Shown here: piece by piece, positions 18,440 to 29,243 of the stretch | Layout: each line of letters starts with the position of its first letter | How positions within the stretch are numbered: the first letter of the stretch is position 1 | From: Spirochaetota bacterium | GTDB lineage: Bacteria; Spirochaetota; B62-G9; DRHN01 | Direction: 5' to 3' | Assembly: GCA_016934265.1 (NCBI GenBank) | Contig: JAFGTF010000078.1 | Coordinates: 10,459 to 74,458 of the forward strand | DNA: 64,000 nucleotides | Notes under the pieces: generated by a model | Told to the model about the DNA's origin: nothing | Databases searched by the model: none | The model's input: the letters and a program-made list of their open reading frames with translations, nothing else | Position numbers and translations under genes: made by a program

Positions 18440-20920
18440 ATGATACGTGCCGAGATGCTTCCTGTCTACCGTCATAGAGAAACGATCATAAAGGCCCTGA
18501 AAGGAAATCAGGTTATCGTGGTCGAGAGCCCGACGGGGTCGGGCAAGACGACACAGATCCCCAAGATACTCTATGACAGCGGTTTCGCTAATGAAGGCAT
18601 CATCGGTGTTACCCAGCCGAGGCGGATCGCCGCAGTCTCCGTCTCCGACTATATCGCAAGACAGTACAAAACCGAGATCCCCGGCCTCGTCGGCTACAAG
18701 ATGCGGTTCGTTGACGAGACGAACGAGGAGACGAGGATCACCGTCATGACCGACGGTATCCTGCTCCAGGAGATCAAGACGGACCCGCTCCTTTCACGGT
18801 ACGGCGTCATCATGGTGGACGAAGCCCACGAGCGCAGCCTCAACATCGATTTCATCCTCGGGCTGCTTAAGGAGGTGCTCCGCCGTCGGCCCGAGTTCAA
18901 GGTCGTCATCTCTTCGGCCACAATCAATACACGTGTTTTCTCCGAGTACTACGACCGCTGCCCGGTCGTTTCGATAGACGCCCGGATGTACCCGGTGAAG
19001 ATGGTCTACGATCCCATCGACGGCCCTCGCAGAATCGAGGCGATTACCGAGAAGATAGGCGAAATAGTGAAGGGTATAGAGGAAAAAAACCTTCCGGGTG
19101 ACGTGCTGATCTTTCTTTCGGGGGAAGGCCAGATCAAGGAGTGCGCCACGCACCTTCTTCACCTCGATAAGAAAGCCCATCTTGAGATACTTCTCTTATA
19201 CGGGAGGCTCTCCCGCGAGGAGCAGGAGCGCGTCTTCTTGGAGTTCTTGGGGAAGCGGAAGGTCATACTCGCCACGAATATCGCGGAAACGAGCGTCACG
19301 ATCGACGGGATACGCCACGTGATAGATCCGGGGTATGCGAAACTCAACTATTACAATCCGAGGAATTTTACCTCCTCCCTCGTCGAGATGCCGATATCGA
19401 AGGCATCCTGCGATCAGCGGAAGGGCAGGGCAGGCAGAACCGCCCCGGGGTTCTGCTACAGGCTTTACTCCAAACAGAGCTACGACACTCGGAGCCTTTA
19501 TACCGAGGAGGAGATCTACAGGACCGACCTCTCAGAGGTGATACTCCGTATGGCGGAGCTCGGTATACGGGATTTCGAGTCTTTCGACTTCATATCGGAT
19601 CCCGGGCCGGGGAAGATACGAAGCGCCGTCGAAGTGCTCGAGCTACTCGAAGCGATCGATTCCGACCGAGAGCTCACCGCGATCGGCAGAATGATGGTAC
19701 AGTTTCCGATAATACCGAGGATCTCCAGAATGATCGTGGCGGCGATACAGGAGTATCCCAATGTCTTGGAAGAGGTTCTCATCGCGAGCGCCTTCATCAA
19801 CAACAGGGCGCCGTTTCTCCTCCCGCACGGACTCGAGCTCGAAGCGAGGAAGGCGCACCATTCCTTCAGGCATCCTTTAGGCGATTTCGTGTCCTACCTC
19901 AAGATATTCCGGGCATACGTCAACGCCGGGGACAGCGAGGGGTTCTGTGCGAAGTACTATCTTGACAACAAGGGCATGGGGGAGATCTATAACGTAAAGC
20001 AGCAGCTTGCCGAGATCGTATCGGATATGGGGGTGCCGCTTACCGGAGGAGGAGATCTCTTTGAATATCTCTGCGCGGTCTCGAAGGGACTCATCCAGTT
20101 CGTATGTAAACAGACGAAGAAAGGGGTCTATTCGAGCCTTACGGCGTACGGGATCAAGATCCACCCCGGGTCGGTGATGTTCTCCAAGCGGCCGGAGTAT
20201 ATTGTCGCCGGCGAGGTGATGAGAACCTCCCAGATGTACGCCATGTCCGTTTCACCTCTTACCCCGGATCTCATCGGAAGGATTTCGGACCGGCTGTATA
20301 ACACCTTCGTACGGAAGAAGAGGGGGGCAAAAAAGAAGGTTCATGCCGCAGTGCGCCGCGACTATACGAACTATATCAAGATCGGAAGCGAGCGCTTCAC
20401 GATCGAGGCCGATAAGAAGCAGCATAAAGTCGTCGTGCTCCCGTATGACAGACTTAAAAATGCGATAGCGGGAATGGACGTCAATGGAATCGAAAATTAC
20501 AAGGGGCTCCGCGGCAGGGTTCTTTTAGGGGAGTACGAGCTGTTCGGAGGCTTCCGGCTCAACCGGATACTGGAGATCGTCGGCAGGATCGACGAAGTCG
20601 AAGAGATACCGGGCCGCTGGCCGAAAGGGGCGAGGTACGAGTACCTCGAAGATGCCTACCACATTGTCCGTCATATCCCGGATATCCTCAAGCTCTGCCG
20701 GAAGAAGAAGGAGACGAAGCGGCTCGGTTTCCTTACGCTGCTCACCGACAGAAACGGTCAATACTGGTACTCCTGCTACAGGGATTATCTTCAGGCCCTG
20801 GAGGAATCCGTTTCGAGCCTTGAGGCGATGATAGACGAAGATATCAACGTTCTCGATAAAGAGCAGGAGGAGACGGTGAGCCGGACCTACGGGCGGCTCA
20901 ACGAGATCCTAGAAAAGTAG
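18440..20920 (+). CDS. hrpA: DEAH-box ATP-dependent RNA helicase HrpA
   Basis: PTGSGKT, DEAH, SAT, TNIAETSVTIDG, QRKGRAGR. Confidence 0.9.
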   Translation: MIRAEMLPVYRHRETIIKALKGNQVIVVESPTGSGKTTQIPKILYDSGFANEGIIGVTQPRRIAAVSVSDYIARQYKTEIPGLVGYKMRFVDETNEETRITVMTDGILLQEIKTDPLLSRYGVIMVDEAHERSLNIDFILGLLKEVLRRRPEFKVVISSATINTRVFSEYYDRCPVVSIDARMYPVKMVYDPIDGPRRIEAITEKIGEIVKGIEEKNLPGDVLIFLSGEGQIKECATHLLHLDKKAHLEILLLYGRLSREEQERVFLEFLGKRKVILATNIAETSVTIDGIRHVIDPGYAKLNYYNPRNFTSSLVEMPISKASCDQRKGRAGRTAPGFCYRLYSKQSYDTRSLYTEEEIYRTDLSEVILRMAELGIRDFESFDFISDPGPGKIRSAVEVLELLEAIDSDRELTAIGRMMVQFPIIPRISRMIVAAIQEYPNVLEEVLIASAFINNRAPFLLPHGLELEARKAHHSFRHPLGDFVSYLKIFRAYVNAGDSEGFCAKYYLDNKGMGEIYNVKQQLAEIVSDMGVPLTGGGDLFEYLCAVSKGLIQFVCKQTKKGVYSSLTAYGIKIHPGSVMFSKRPEYIVAGEVMRTSQMYAMSVSPLTPDLIGRISDRLYNTFVRKKRGAKKKVHAAVRRDYTNYIKIGSERFTIEADKKQHKVVVLPYDRLKNAIAGMDVNGIENYKGLRGRVLLGEYELFGGFRLNRILEIVGRIDEVEEIPGRWPKGARYEYLEDAYHIVRHIPDILKLCRKKKETKRLGFLTLLTDRNGQYWYSCYRDYLQALEESVSSLEAMIDEDINVLDKEQEETVSRTYGRLNEILEK

Positions 20921-21056
20921 CGCCGCGTACGCGCGTACACCGCGGGCTTTTGAATACGCGCGGGGGGGGGGATGGGGTACGTCCTTATTTAAAAAACAGA
21001 CTTTCGTATCTAAATGAGTGTGACTGCCTTTCGAGTATAATTATTCTTCATTTTCG

Positions 21057-21085
21057 TTGACAATCGCTTTGCAGGGTGGTACCAT
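21057..21085 (+). promoter_or_regulatory. Sigma70-type promoter of the LacI/sugar locus
   Basis: TTGACA (21057-21062), 17 nt spacer, TACCAT (21080-21085) with an extended TG. Confidence 0.7.
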
Positions 21086-21094
21086 GTGTTACCA

Positions 21095-21110
21095 TTGTAA
21101 TCGATTACAA
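21095..21110. promoter_or_regulatory. LacI-family operator
   Basis: Perfect 16-bp palindrome TTGTAATCGATTACAA with central CG, between the promoter and the LacI start. Confidence 0.8.
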
Positions 21111-21118
21111 GAAGCGAT

Positions 21119-22126
21119 ATGAACAAACGGTTGAACATAGCCGAAGTGGCCAAGGCTGCGGGAGTTTCCACCGCAACGGTTTCGAGGGTTCTCAATGAAA
21201 AGCCGTTCGTGAGGGAAAATACCAGGCGGAAGGTCCTTCGGGTGATCGACAAGACGAACTACAGGGTCAACGCGGTCGCAAGGAACCTCAGACGGAAAAA
21301 AACGCACTCGATCGGTATAATCATAAGCAACGTATTGAGCCCCTTTTATTCCGTCATTGCAAAGGCGGTGGAGGACGTCGCGCTTTGCAACAACTTCAGC
21401 ATGGTACTGTGCAACGGGGGCGATAAACCAAAAAAGGAGCGCCGGTACCTGCAGGTTCTTTTCGAGAACAGGGTCGACGGCATAATCATTTCACCTACCG
21501 GGGAAAACGCCGACTATCTGAAACTTCTTTTATCCAGCGGAATCGCAGTCTGCCTCATCGACAGGAAGGTGAGCGGCATGGTATGTGATTCCGTCATGGT
21601 CAACAACCGCGAGGCATCGAAGGAGGCGGTAGCGCACCTTCTCGAGCGCGGATACAGACGGATCGGTCTGATTTCCGGCCCGAAAGAGCGTACAACGGGT
21701 TATCTGCGAATGGCGGGGTACCTCGATGCTCACAAGGAGTACGGCATCCCCCCGCAGGAGCGGTTTATCCGGTACGGGGATTTCTCACTCGAATCTGGAA
21801 GAAAAAACGCCGCCCTTCTTCTTTGTGAGAGCGATCTCGATGCGCTGTACGTTGCGAATACGGACATGGCGATGGGAGCGTACGGGCTGTTGAAGGAACG
21901 GGGCGTCGTCATACCGGACGACATGGGTTTCGTGATGTTCGACGACCCAGACTGGACCAGGCTTGTCACACCGAAGCTCACCGCGGTGAGTCAGCCGGTA
22001 TACGAGCTTGGTTCAACGGCGGCGAAGATGCTGTTTAGGCGCCTTCAGATGCCGCCGGACTATGTGAAGACGGATACCGTACAGACGGTGCTGAATGCAA
22101 AGCTCGTACGCCGCGGTTCCGTGTGA
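21119..22126 (+). CDS. LacI-family transcriptional regulator
   Basis: IAEVAKAAGVSTATVSRVLN helix-turn-helix plus periplasmic-binding-like effector domain. Confidence 0.95.
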   Translation: MNKRLNIAEVAKAAGVSTATVSRVLNEKPFVRENTRRKVLRVIDKTNYRVNAVARNLRRKKTHSIGIIISNVLSPFYSVIAKAVEDVALCNNFSMVLCNGGDKPKKERRYLQVLFENRVDGIIISPTGENADYLKLLLSSGIAVCLIDRKVSGMVCDSVMVNNREASKEAVAHLLERGYRRIGLISGPKERTTGYLRMAGYLDAHKEYGIPPQERFIRYGDFSLESGRKNAALLLCESDLDALYVANTDMAMGAYGLLKERGVVIPDDMGFVMFDDPDWTRLVTPKLTAVSQPVYELGSTAAKMLFRRLQMPPDYVKTDTVQTVLNAKLVRRGSV

Positions 22127-22266
22127 GAGGAGGTTCGGCACGTACCGCGTCGCGGAATTCGCGCGGGAGCGTTTAGGCGCGAATCGTATTCTTTTTCGCC
22201 GTGTGAATGGTGAAATCGGATTTATTAATCGTAACGGGTGCTTATTTCAAATAGCGAGGTGATCGA

Positions 22267-24063
22267 ATGAAAAAAACAAAGAAGAATGCCGGAGAAAACA
22301 TGCCGAAGGTCGGAATCCGGCCGGTGATCGACGGGAGAAGAGATGGCGTGCGGGAATCGCTCGAAGCGCAGACCATGGGCATGGCACAAACGGTGGAGGA
22401 GTTTATCACAGGCAACATGCGGTATCCGGACGGATCGCCGGTACAGTGCGTGATCGCAGATACATGCATCGGCGGGGTCGCGGAATCCGCGCAGACCGCG
22501 AGGAAGTTCGAACGGGAGGGGGTAGGCGTGTTGATAACGGTGACCCCGAGCTGGTGCTACGGGAGCGAGACCATGGATATGGATCCGTACATACCGAAAG
22601 CGGTATGGGGGCTGAACGCCACCGAGCGGCCTGGTGCAGTCTATCTAGCAGCCGTACTCGCCTCGTACGCCCAGAAGGGTCTCCCGGCGTTCGGAATATA
22701 CGGAAAGGACGTTCAGGACGCGGACGATCGAACGATCCCGCAGGAAGTGAAGGACAAGATCGTACAGTTCGTTCGTGCGGGGATCGCGGCAGCCGTGATG
22801 AGGGGAAAGTCGTATCTCGCGATGGGCGGCGTGTCCATGGGGATCGCCGGATCGCTCGTGTCGGCGGAATTCTTGGAGAAGTATCTCGGAATGCGGTACG
22901 AGTCCGTCGATATGTCGGAGTTCATCCGGAGGATCGAAAAAAAAATATACGACGAGAAGGAGTACGGCCGTGCGCTGCAGTGGGTGAAGGCGCACTGCAA
23001 GGAGGGGAAAGACTACAACAAGCCGCAGAACAGGTTCTCAGACGAGAAGCGCCGGCGCGATTGGGAGACAGTTGTCAAGATGACGCTCATCGCGCGCGAT
23101 CTCATGGCGGGCAACGATGCACTTGCGGAGATCGGATTCGAAGAGGAGGCGCTCGGGCACAACGCAATCGCGGGCGGGTTCCAAGGGCAGCGGCAGTGGA
23201 CCGACCATTTTCCCAACGGGGATTTCTTAGAGACGATACTGAACTCCTCGTTCGACTGGAACGGAATCCGGCAGCCTTTTATCGTTGCAACGGAGAACGA
23301 TCACCTCAACGGTCTCGCGATGCTGCTCGGGAACATGCTCACCGGCACAGCCCAGATCTTCAGCGACATACGGACGTTCTGGAGCCCGGAGGCGATAGCG
23401 AGGGTGACCGGGTATACGCCGGAAGGTGCCGCGCAAAACGGCATCATACATCTCATAAACTCCGGTTCGACCTGCCTGGACGGGACGGGGGAGCAGTCTC
23501 TAAACGGCAAGCCGGCCATGAAGCCGTTCTGGGAGATCGATCAAGAAGAGGCCGACCGGTGCCTGCAGGCCGCGAGGTTCTGCCCGGCGAACATCGAATA
23601 TTTCCGGGGCGGCGGTTTTTCGGTCACATTCCTCACGCGCGGCGGCATGCCGGCCACGATGTCGCGGTTGAATATAGTCGACGGGCTCGGGCCGGTTCTC
23701 CAGATCGCCGAAGGATACACCGTCGACCTTCCCCGGGAGGTCGGGCGGGTTTTGATGGACCGGACGGACCCTGCCTGGCCGACCACATGGTTCGCGCCGA
23801 TACTTACCGGCATGGGACCGTTTAAGGACGTCTATACCGTGATGGACAATTGGGGGGCTAACCACGGCGCCATCTGTTACGGGCATGTGGGAGGTGACCT
23901 CATCACTCTATCATCGATACTCCGCATACCGGTGCACATGCACAACGTGCCGCCCGAGAGAGTATTTCGGCCGAGGGTATGGGCGAGCTTCGGGGATATG
24001 GAGTCCATCGGCGCGGATTTCAGGGCGTGCCAAAACTTCGGCCCGCTGTACGGGCGTGTGTGA
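22267..24063 (+). CDS. fucI: L-fucose (D-arabinose) isomerase
   Basis: [37 protein letters not shown]. Confidence 0.95.
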   Translation: MKKTKKNAGENMPKVGIRPVIDGRRDGVRESLEAQTMGMAQTVEEFITGNMRYPDGSPVQCVIADTCIGGVAESAQTARKFEREGVGVLITVTPSWCYGSETMDMDPYIPKAVWGLNATERPGAVYLAAVLASYAQKGLPAFGIYGKDVQDADDRTIPQEVKDKIVQFVRAGIAAAVMRGKSYLAMGGVSMGIAGSLVSAEFLEKYLGMRYESVDMSEFIRRIEKKIYDEKEYGRALQWVKAHCKEGKDYNKPQNRFSDEKRRRDWETVVKMTLIARDLMAGNDALAEIGFEEEALGHNAIAGGFQGQRQWTDHFPNGDFLETILNSSFDWNGIRQPFIVATENDHLNGLAMLLGNMLTGTAQIFSDIRTFWSPEAIARVTGYTPEGAAQNGIIHLINSGSTCLDGTGEQSLNGKPAMKPFWEIDQEEADRCLQAARFCPANIEYFRGGGFSVTFLTRGGMPATMSRLNIVDGLGPVLQIAEGYTVDLPREVGRVLMDRTDPAWPTTWFAPILTGMGPFKDVYTVMDNWGANHGAICYGHVGGDLITLSSILRIPVHMHNVPPERVFRPRVWASFGDMESIGADFRACQNFGPLYGRV

Positions 24064-24328
24064 CGTGTTTCTTGTACAGGGAGGCTCAATCGGAGACATT
24101 CACGCAAGTCGCCGGAGTACACATACAGCGTTTTGCGGTGAGCATGACGCCGTCCTATGAATCCCGGTAAAACGGACTGCTCCGGGATGAGGGAAGGCGC
24201 CGCCTCGAACCGGAATCGCCAACCGTTGCGAAAATAAAAGGCCGGGCAAAAAGGAGGCGGGAGATCCCGATACCGAGACGGCGGGCGGGATGGTTCCTGC
24301 TACTTCGAAGGTGGATAGGGAGGACGAT

Positions 24329-24652
24329 ATGGAAAGACACGGCTCGGTAATAAAGGTTAAGCCGGAAATGCTCGAGGAATACAGACGGCACCATAAGAAC
24401 GTATGGCCGGAGGTACTCGACATGATAAAAAGGTGCAATATACGAAACTACTCCATATATCACAAGGACGGCTACCTGTTCAGCTATTTCGAGTACCACG
24501 GGAACGATTTCGCTTCCGATATGGAGAGGATGGCGGCCGACCCGAAGACCCTGGAATGGTGGGCGATCATGAAGCCGATGCAGCAGCCGCTCGAAACAAG
24601 GGCACAAAACGAGTGGTGGGCCGAAATGGAAGAGGTGTTTCATATGGAGTGA
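24329..24652 (+). CDS. L-rhamnose/L-fucose mutarotase (RhaM family)
   Basis: EYRRHHKNVWPEV, NYSIY, LFSYFEY, MEEVFH; GGAGGA precedes ATG 24329. Confidence 0.88.
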   Translation: MERHGSVIKVKPEMLEEYRRHHKNVWPEVLDMIKRCNIRNYSIYHKDGYLFSYFEYHGNDFASDMERMAADPKTLEWWAIMKPMQQPLETRAQNEWWAEMEEVFHME

Positions 24653-24719
24653 GCGCAGGCGGTAGGTAATGCGCCGGGAATGGTTTTAGGACGGATATTG
24701 ACCGGGAAAAGAGGTTTTT

Positions 24720-25889
24720 ATGGGAAGAAGTGAAAACTGCTTCGGCAAGCTGAAAAGGATGAAGAGCACGCTGGAACACAGGGAGGCGGACAGGGTGCCG
24801 GTATCCGACTTCTTCTGGGGGAGCTTTTTGAAACGATGGAAAGAAGAGCTCGGCCTTTCGGCCGACACGGATATCTACAGGTACTACGACCTCGACTGGA
24901 TCGCGACGATACCGAACATGGACCCGCATATCAAGCGTTTCGAGGTGCTAACGCAGAACGACGAGGAGGTCCTCGTAAAAACTGGATTCGAGGCGATCAT
25001 ACGAAAGAAATTTTGCGATCCCATGCCGGAATATGTGCAGTTTGACACGGATACGATAGACAGGATGAAAGCCTTCCGGTTCGACGACCCGTGGGATGAT
25101 CGTCGTTATTTCTCAGGCGGCGACAACCAGGTGGCCGGTGTGGGGGACAGCTTCGTCCGGGACCTTCCTCCATGGACGGACACCGTGAAATCGCTGTATC
25201 CCGACTTCCCCGTATACGGAAGCGTGTGCGAGGGTCATGAAGCGCTGTGGCGGATCATCGGTATGGAGAACGTCCTGCTCTGGATAGGGCTGTATCCGGA
25301 CGAGGTCGGGAAGTTCGTGGACAGGATAGTGGAGTTCGACCTCGGGATTGCGGAAGCACAGATAAAGGCGGCGGACGGAATGCTCGACGGAATGGTCATA
25401 TGGGGCGATGTTGCGTATACAAGGGACATGCTCTTCTCTCCCGACTACTGGCGGAAGCATTTCAAGCCCGGGGTCAAGGCGATCGTCGACCTCTGCCACG
25501 GCTACGGACTGCCGGTCATCTACCACGGCTGTGGAAACGTGAAGAGGATATTCGAGGATTTTATCGAGATGGGGGTCGATTCGTACAACCCGCTCGAGGC
25601 GAAGGCGGGACTCGATGTCGTGGAACTTCGCAGGAAATACGGCCATCGAATCGGGTTCTGCGGAAACATGGATGTAAAGGCCTGGGCGGACTCTTCGCCG
25701 GATGAGCTTCGGAAGATCGTGCTGACGAAGCTCAACGCGGCAAAAGGCGGCGGCTTCATCTTTCAGTCGGACCATTCCGTTCCGGGTAACGTCTCCGGAA
25801 AGAGCTACGACTACGTGGTGAATCTGCTGCGGCGTTACGGCACCTATCCCCTCGATCTCGGTGAGTATGACATTCCGGATATTTCTTAA
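24720..25889 (+). CDS. Uroporphyrinogen decarboxylase / MtaA-like family protein
   Basis: EADRVP, WGDVAY...FSPDYWR, YHGCGN, NPLEAKAG, CGNMD, QSDHSV. Confidence 0.8.
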   Translation: MGRSENCFGKLKRMKSTLEHREADRVPVSDFFWGSFLKRWKEELGLSADTDIYRYYDLDWIATIPNMDPHIKRFEVLTQNDEEVLVKTGFEAIIRKKFCDPMPEYVQFDTDTIDRMKAFRFDDPWDDRRYFSGGDNQVAGVGDSFVRDLPPWTDTVKSLYPDFPVYGSVCEGHEALWRIIGMENVLLWIGLYPDEVGKFVDRIVEFDLGIAEAQIKAADGMLDGMVIWGDVAYTRDMLFSPDYWRKHFKPGVKAIVDLCHGYGLPVIYHGCGNVKRIFEDFIEMGVDSYNPLEAKAGLDVVELRRKYGHRIGFCGNMDVKAWADSSPDELRKIVLTKLNAAKGGGFIFQSDHSVPGNVSGKSYDYVVNLLRRYGTYPLDLGEYDIPDIS

Positions 25890-26168
25890 TGTAACCCCCA
25901 TATGGTGAAGTCGGCGATACGGGGGGCGACATCCGGTTCTGCGGGATATGTATATGTAGAATGCAGAATATTTTCTGTAACGACTGTCGTACGTTTGGTG
26001 TCATCAGATCTGCGGTTTTCAATGTTCACCAACCGCCGGCACGTAAAAGAGCAGCAAGAGACATCCGATCATTACTACTTTTAGAAATGCTGGGGTGTTG
26101 TTACTCTAAGAATTGCGGTAAGTTCCCAAGCAACTATCTGTCAACGATTGATGCTGCGAACCGTGTCA

Positions 26169-28706
26169 TCAGGGACGTATACTCACAGAACGTTCGATTT
26201 TTAATTCCCGTACCGCATTCTCGAGCCTTCCTGCGAATACGTCGTACCCCTCTTCCGCGTACTCGACCGGTGCGCCGAACCGTACCACGACCCGGCCGCG
26301 CCGTAGAAACCGCGCACCCGGCGGCAGCACCTTTTCCATGCCGTCGATGCAGACCGTGTATACCGGCGACCTCGTCTGCGCCGCGATCATGCCGATTCCT
26401 TTCTTGAACTCGTGTACTCGGCCGTCGGAAGAAACCTCTCCTTCCGGGAAAACGAGCACCCATCGGCCCGCGTCCAGCAGCTCTCCCGTATACTCGAGGC
26501 TCGGCCGGTATGCCGCACCCTGCGGAAACGGATATGTCTGAAAGAGCAATGTAACGGTACGGTACGCAAGACCGGCAAAAAACCGTTTGATCCGATTTCC
26601 GGTATCTTCCCCCCGAGGCCCGGTCGTATACCCTGCGAAACGGGCGCCGAAACGGTTGAGACCCATCGCAGGGCACAGCAGTTTCCTGTATCGTACAGGC
26701 AGCGCGAGAAGTATCGCAACCGGGTCGAGGTGCGACGTGTGGTTGCTCACCAGTATTCTCTCTCTTTCGCCTTTTTCGATCCATTCGAGCCCCTCGGTCT
26801 CGAGCCTGCAGAACAGCCGCATTACAGGAAGCAGCGCACCGTCCAGCAAAAGCCTCCGTACAACCCTCACGGGAAGCGACCTGTTCCAGCGTGGCATTTT
26901 CAGCGCGGTGTGCGGCCTGGGGTGCTGAGCCAGCTTTTCGAGATCGCCCAGCGTGGTGTGCGGACTTATATCGGACTCGTCGAGGCTCGTTCCGTATTCC
27001 TGTTCGAGACGCAGCACCAGCTCGATGCGGTCGAGAGAATCGAGGCCGAGGTCGTCGGCGAGTCTCGATTCCGGTGCCGCGTCCGGGGGGATCAGTTTTT
27101 CGAGCGGATTATCGCTTTGTATCACGGCATGCGCGCTTTGAACGCGGGACAGCACCTCCTCCCGCCTGATCTTGAGCGTCGGGGTTCTGGGAAAATCGGG
27201 CGCGTCCCACACGGTGTACCCTTTTATCTTCTGGAAGGGGAGAAGGGAGTTGTTCGCCGTACGGACGGCTTCCACCGGTTCGATCGATTCATCGAGGAGC
27301 AGAACGGCATGAACGGTTTCGCCGCTTTTATGTGGCATGCCGAATACGAGGCTGTCCCGCACCCCGTCGACACGGCCCAACGCCTCCTCGACGTCGCTCG
27401 CGAAGACGTTTCTCCCGTCGGGAGTGACGATCATCTCCTTTTTACGGCCACGTATGTACAGGAGGCCGTCTTCGCCCACGGTTCCCATGTCTCCGGTCGA
27501 AAGCCAACCGTCGCGGAGAACCTGCGCGGTTTTTTCCGGATCCTTGTAGTACCCCTCCATCACGTTCTTGCCTCTAACCTGGATCTCTCCCTCTTTGGAG
27601 ATACGTACCGATTGACCCGGGAACACCCTGCCGACTGACGCCCTATCGTGACCGAACGGGCTGAACATCGAAACGATCGGCGCGGTCTCGGTGAGCCCGT
27701 ACCCCTGAAACACCGCATAGACGAGCCGGCGCCAGAACTCGTGCGTATCAGGGTCGAGCGGCGCGCCGCCGACGATAAAGGACCAGAATGAGAGGCCGAA
27801 GAAGCGGCGGACGTCTAAAAAGAACGGCCATCGCAGCGGATAGGGAAGCGAGACAAGTCGGTCGTACCGTCTCTCGAAGCCTTCCATCCTGCCGTTTGCA
27901 CGGAGAAAAGAATAAAAGTGATCCTTCATCAGTCTCATCACGCGCGGCACGGTAATCAGGCTGATGATCCTGTTTCGCTTTATCTGGCGGATGAGGGAAG
28001 CGGGGTCGTTGTCGGCCGCCTCATAGACGGTGCTGCCGATGAGCACTGGAAGGAAGATCCCCGCTATCTGGCCGAACATGTGGCTGTACGGTACGCAGCA
28101 GAGGATCCTGAGAGGGGTGCAAAGCCGTATTAGACGCTTTCTGCGCTCGATTCCCTCCTCGAGAGGTTTCAGGTCCGCGAGAATGTTGCCGTGGGTGAGC
28201 ACCACGCCCTTCGGGTTCGCCGTGGTACCGGACGTATACACGATTTCGGCTTGATCGGAAAGCGCGACGGGCTCCGGTATCCCGGGGGGGCCTTCACGGC
28301 ACGCAGCGATATCTTCCTCGGTTACACAGACGGCGTGTCGGCTTGACAGGGCCGCGGGGTCGGTTTTCGAGCCTGAGATAACGAACGACGGTTCCGTCTG
28401 TTTCACGATTTCGCGAAGCAGCGACTGTGGGGAGTCGGGTTCGATCGGTACCACCACTCCTCCCCGGTGAAGCACCGAAAAGAAGGCGATGACCCATGAC
28501 GGTCCCGGCCGCAGCCCGAGAATGACCCGCTCTCCTTTTTTCAGGCCGGCTTTTTTCAGCGCGCCGCTGAACCCGAGCGAGGCGCGTTGAACTTCGTCGA
28601 AGCGCCACGGATTAGAGCGGTACCCGTCACGGCCGACGAGGTAAATACGGCTTCCCCATTCCTGCATGAGGTTTAGGTATCCTTCGAGCGCGATTCTTTC
28701 TGCCAT
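26169..28706 (-). CDS. Acyl-adenylate ligase - acyl carrier - PlsC-type acyltransferase fusion
   Basis: YTSGTTANPKG, QGYGLTE and TGD (ligase); LGLDSL (carrier Ser); NHTSHLD and FPEG (acyltransferase). Confidence 0.88.
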   Translation of the reverse strand: MAERIALEGYLNLMQEWGSRIYLVGRDGYRSNPWRFDEVQRASLGFSGALKKAGLKKGERVILGLRPGPSWVIAFFSVLHRGGVVVPIEPDSPQSLLREIVKQTEPSFVISGSKTDPAALSSRHAVCVTEEDIAACREGPPGIPEPVALSDQAEIVYTSGTTANPKGVVLTHGNILADLKPLEEGIERRKRLIRLCTPLRILCCVPYSHMFGQIAGIFLPVLIGSTVYEAADNDPASLIRQIKRNRIISLITVPRVMRLMKDHFYSFLRANGRMEGFERRYDRLVSLPYPLRWPFFLDVRRFFGLSFWSFIVGGAPLDPDTHEFWRRLVYAVFQGYGLTETAPIVSMFSPFGHDRASVGRVFPGQSVRISKEGEIQVRGKNVMEGYYKDPEKTAQVLRDGWLSTGDMGTVGEDGLLYIRGRKKEMIVTPDGRNVFASDVEEALGRVDGVRDSLVFGMPHKSGETVHAVLLLDESIEPVEAVRTANNSLLPFQKIKGYTVWDAPDFPRTPTLKIRREEVLSRVQSAHAVIQSDNPLEKLIPPDAAPESRLADDLGLDSLDRIELVLRLEQEYGTSLDESDISPHTTLGDLEKLAQHPRPHTALKMPRWNRSLPVRVVRRLLLDGALLPVMRLFCRLETEGLEWIEKGERERILVSNHTSHLDPVAILLALPVRYRKLLCPAMGLNRFGARFAGYTTGPRGEDTGNRIKRFFAGLAYRTVTLLFQTYPFPQGAAYRPSLEYTGELLDAGRWVLVFPEGEVSSDGRVHEFKKGIGMIAAQTRSPVYTVCIDGMEKVLPPGARFLRRGRVVVRFGAPVEYAEEGYDVFAGRLENAVRELKIERSVSIRP

Positions 28707-29243
28707 TCGAAGCTCCCCACATCGATTATAACAGATTCGTGGGGTCGGGCCATATAAATTATCGCAGAAGAATGAATATGATCTTATACAGTGCAGGTGC
28801 CGCTATTTGGGAATGCGCACATACCGATTGGTAACAATCAAGGAGGATGCCCTGTAAAGGCTTTTTCCGTGTACATAGTTTCCGGGCCCGTATGAGATTC
28901 AAAACGATGATTTTCATGCGTTGCCGCCGTGAAACGGTAAAGACAGTGTTACGGAGTTCTTTTTTGTGTATACGTTTATCCGTACAGACCGGTTTAAAGA
29001 GAGTAGAATATACTACTGCCTGCCGGCCGACGAGCGTCGGCCGCATACCGTATACGTACCTGCAACAAGTAACGTAAAAACAGGACGGGTTTCATCGGCA
29101 CCACCGTTTGCCGTCGCACGGGTTGACGTCGCGTAGGCCGCAGCCGTACTCCGTTTATTGATTGTACCGTTTTATATTTCATTGTATTATTTCGATCGGC
29201 TGATATAATTAAGACTAATCCAACATGGAGTGTGGAGGAACCC

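Noticed and set aside
20962..20971. Poly-G tract upstream of the LacI promoter
   Set aside because: Lies ~85 nt upstream of the -35, outside spacers and coding sequence; no evidence for phase variation.
22446..23825. 459-aa alternative-frame ORF in fucI
   Set aside because: Arg/Gly-rich frame artefact of GC-rich codon usage.
26412..27638. 408-aa plus-strand ORF
   Set aside because: Antisense to the well-supported ligase/acyltransferase gene.
28847..29077. 76-aa ORF after AGGAGG in the divergent intergenic region
   Set aside because: The SD-like sequence abuts the ATG with no spacing, and the product has no recognisable features.
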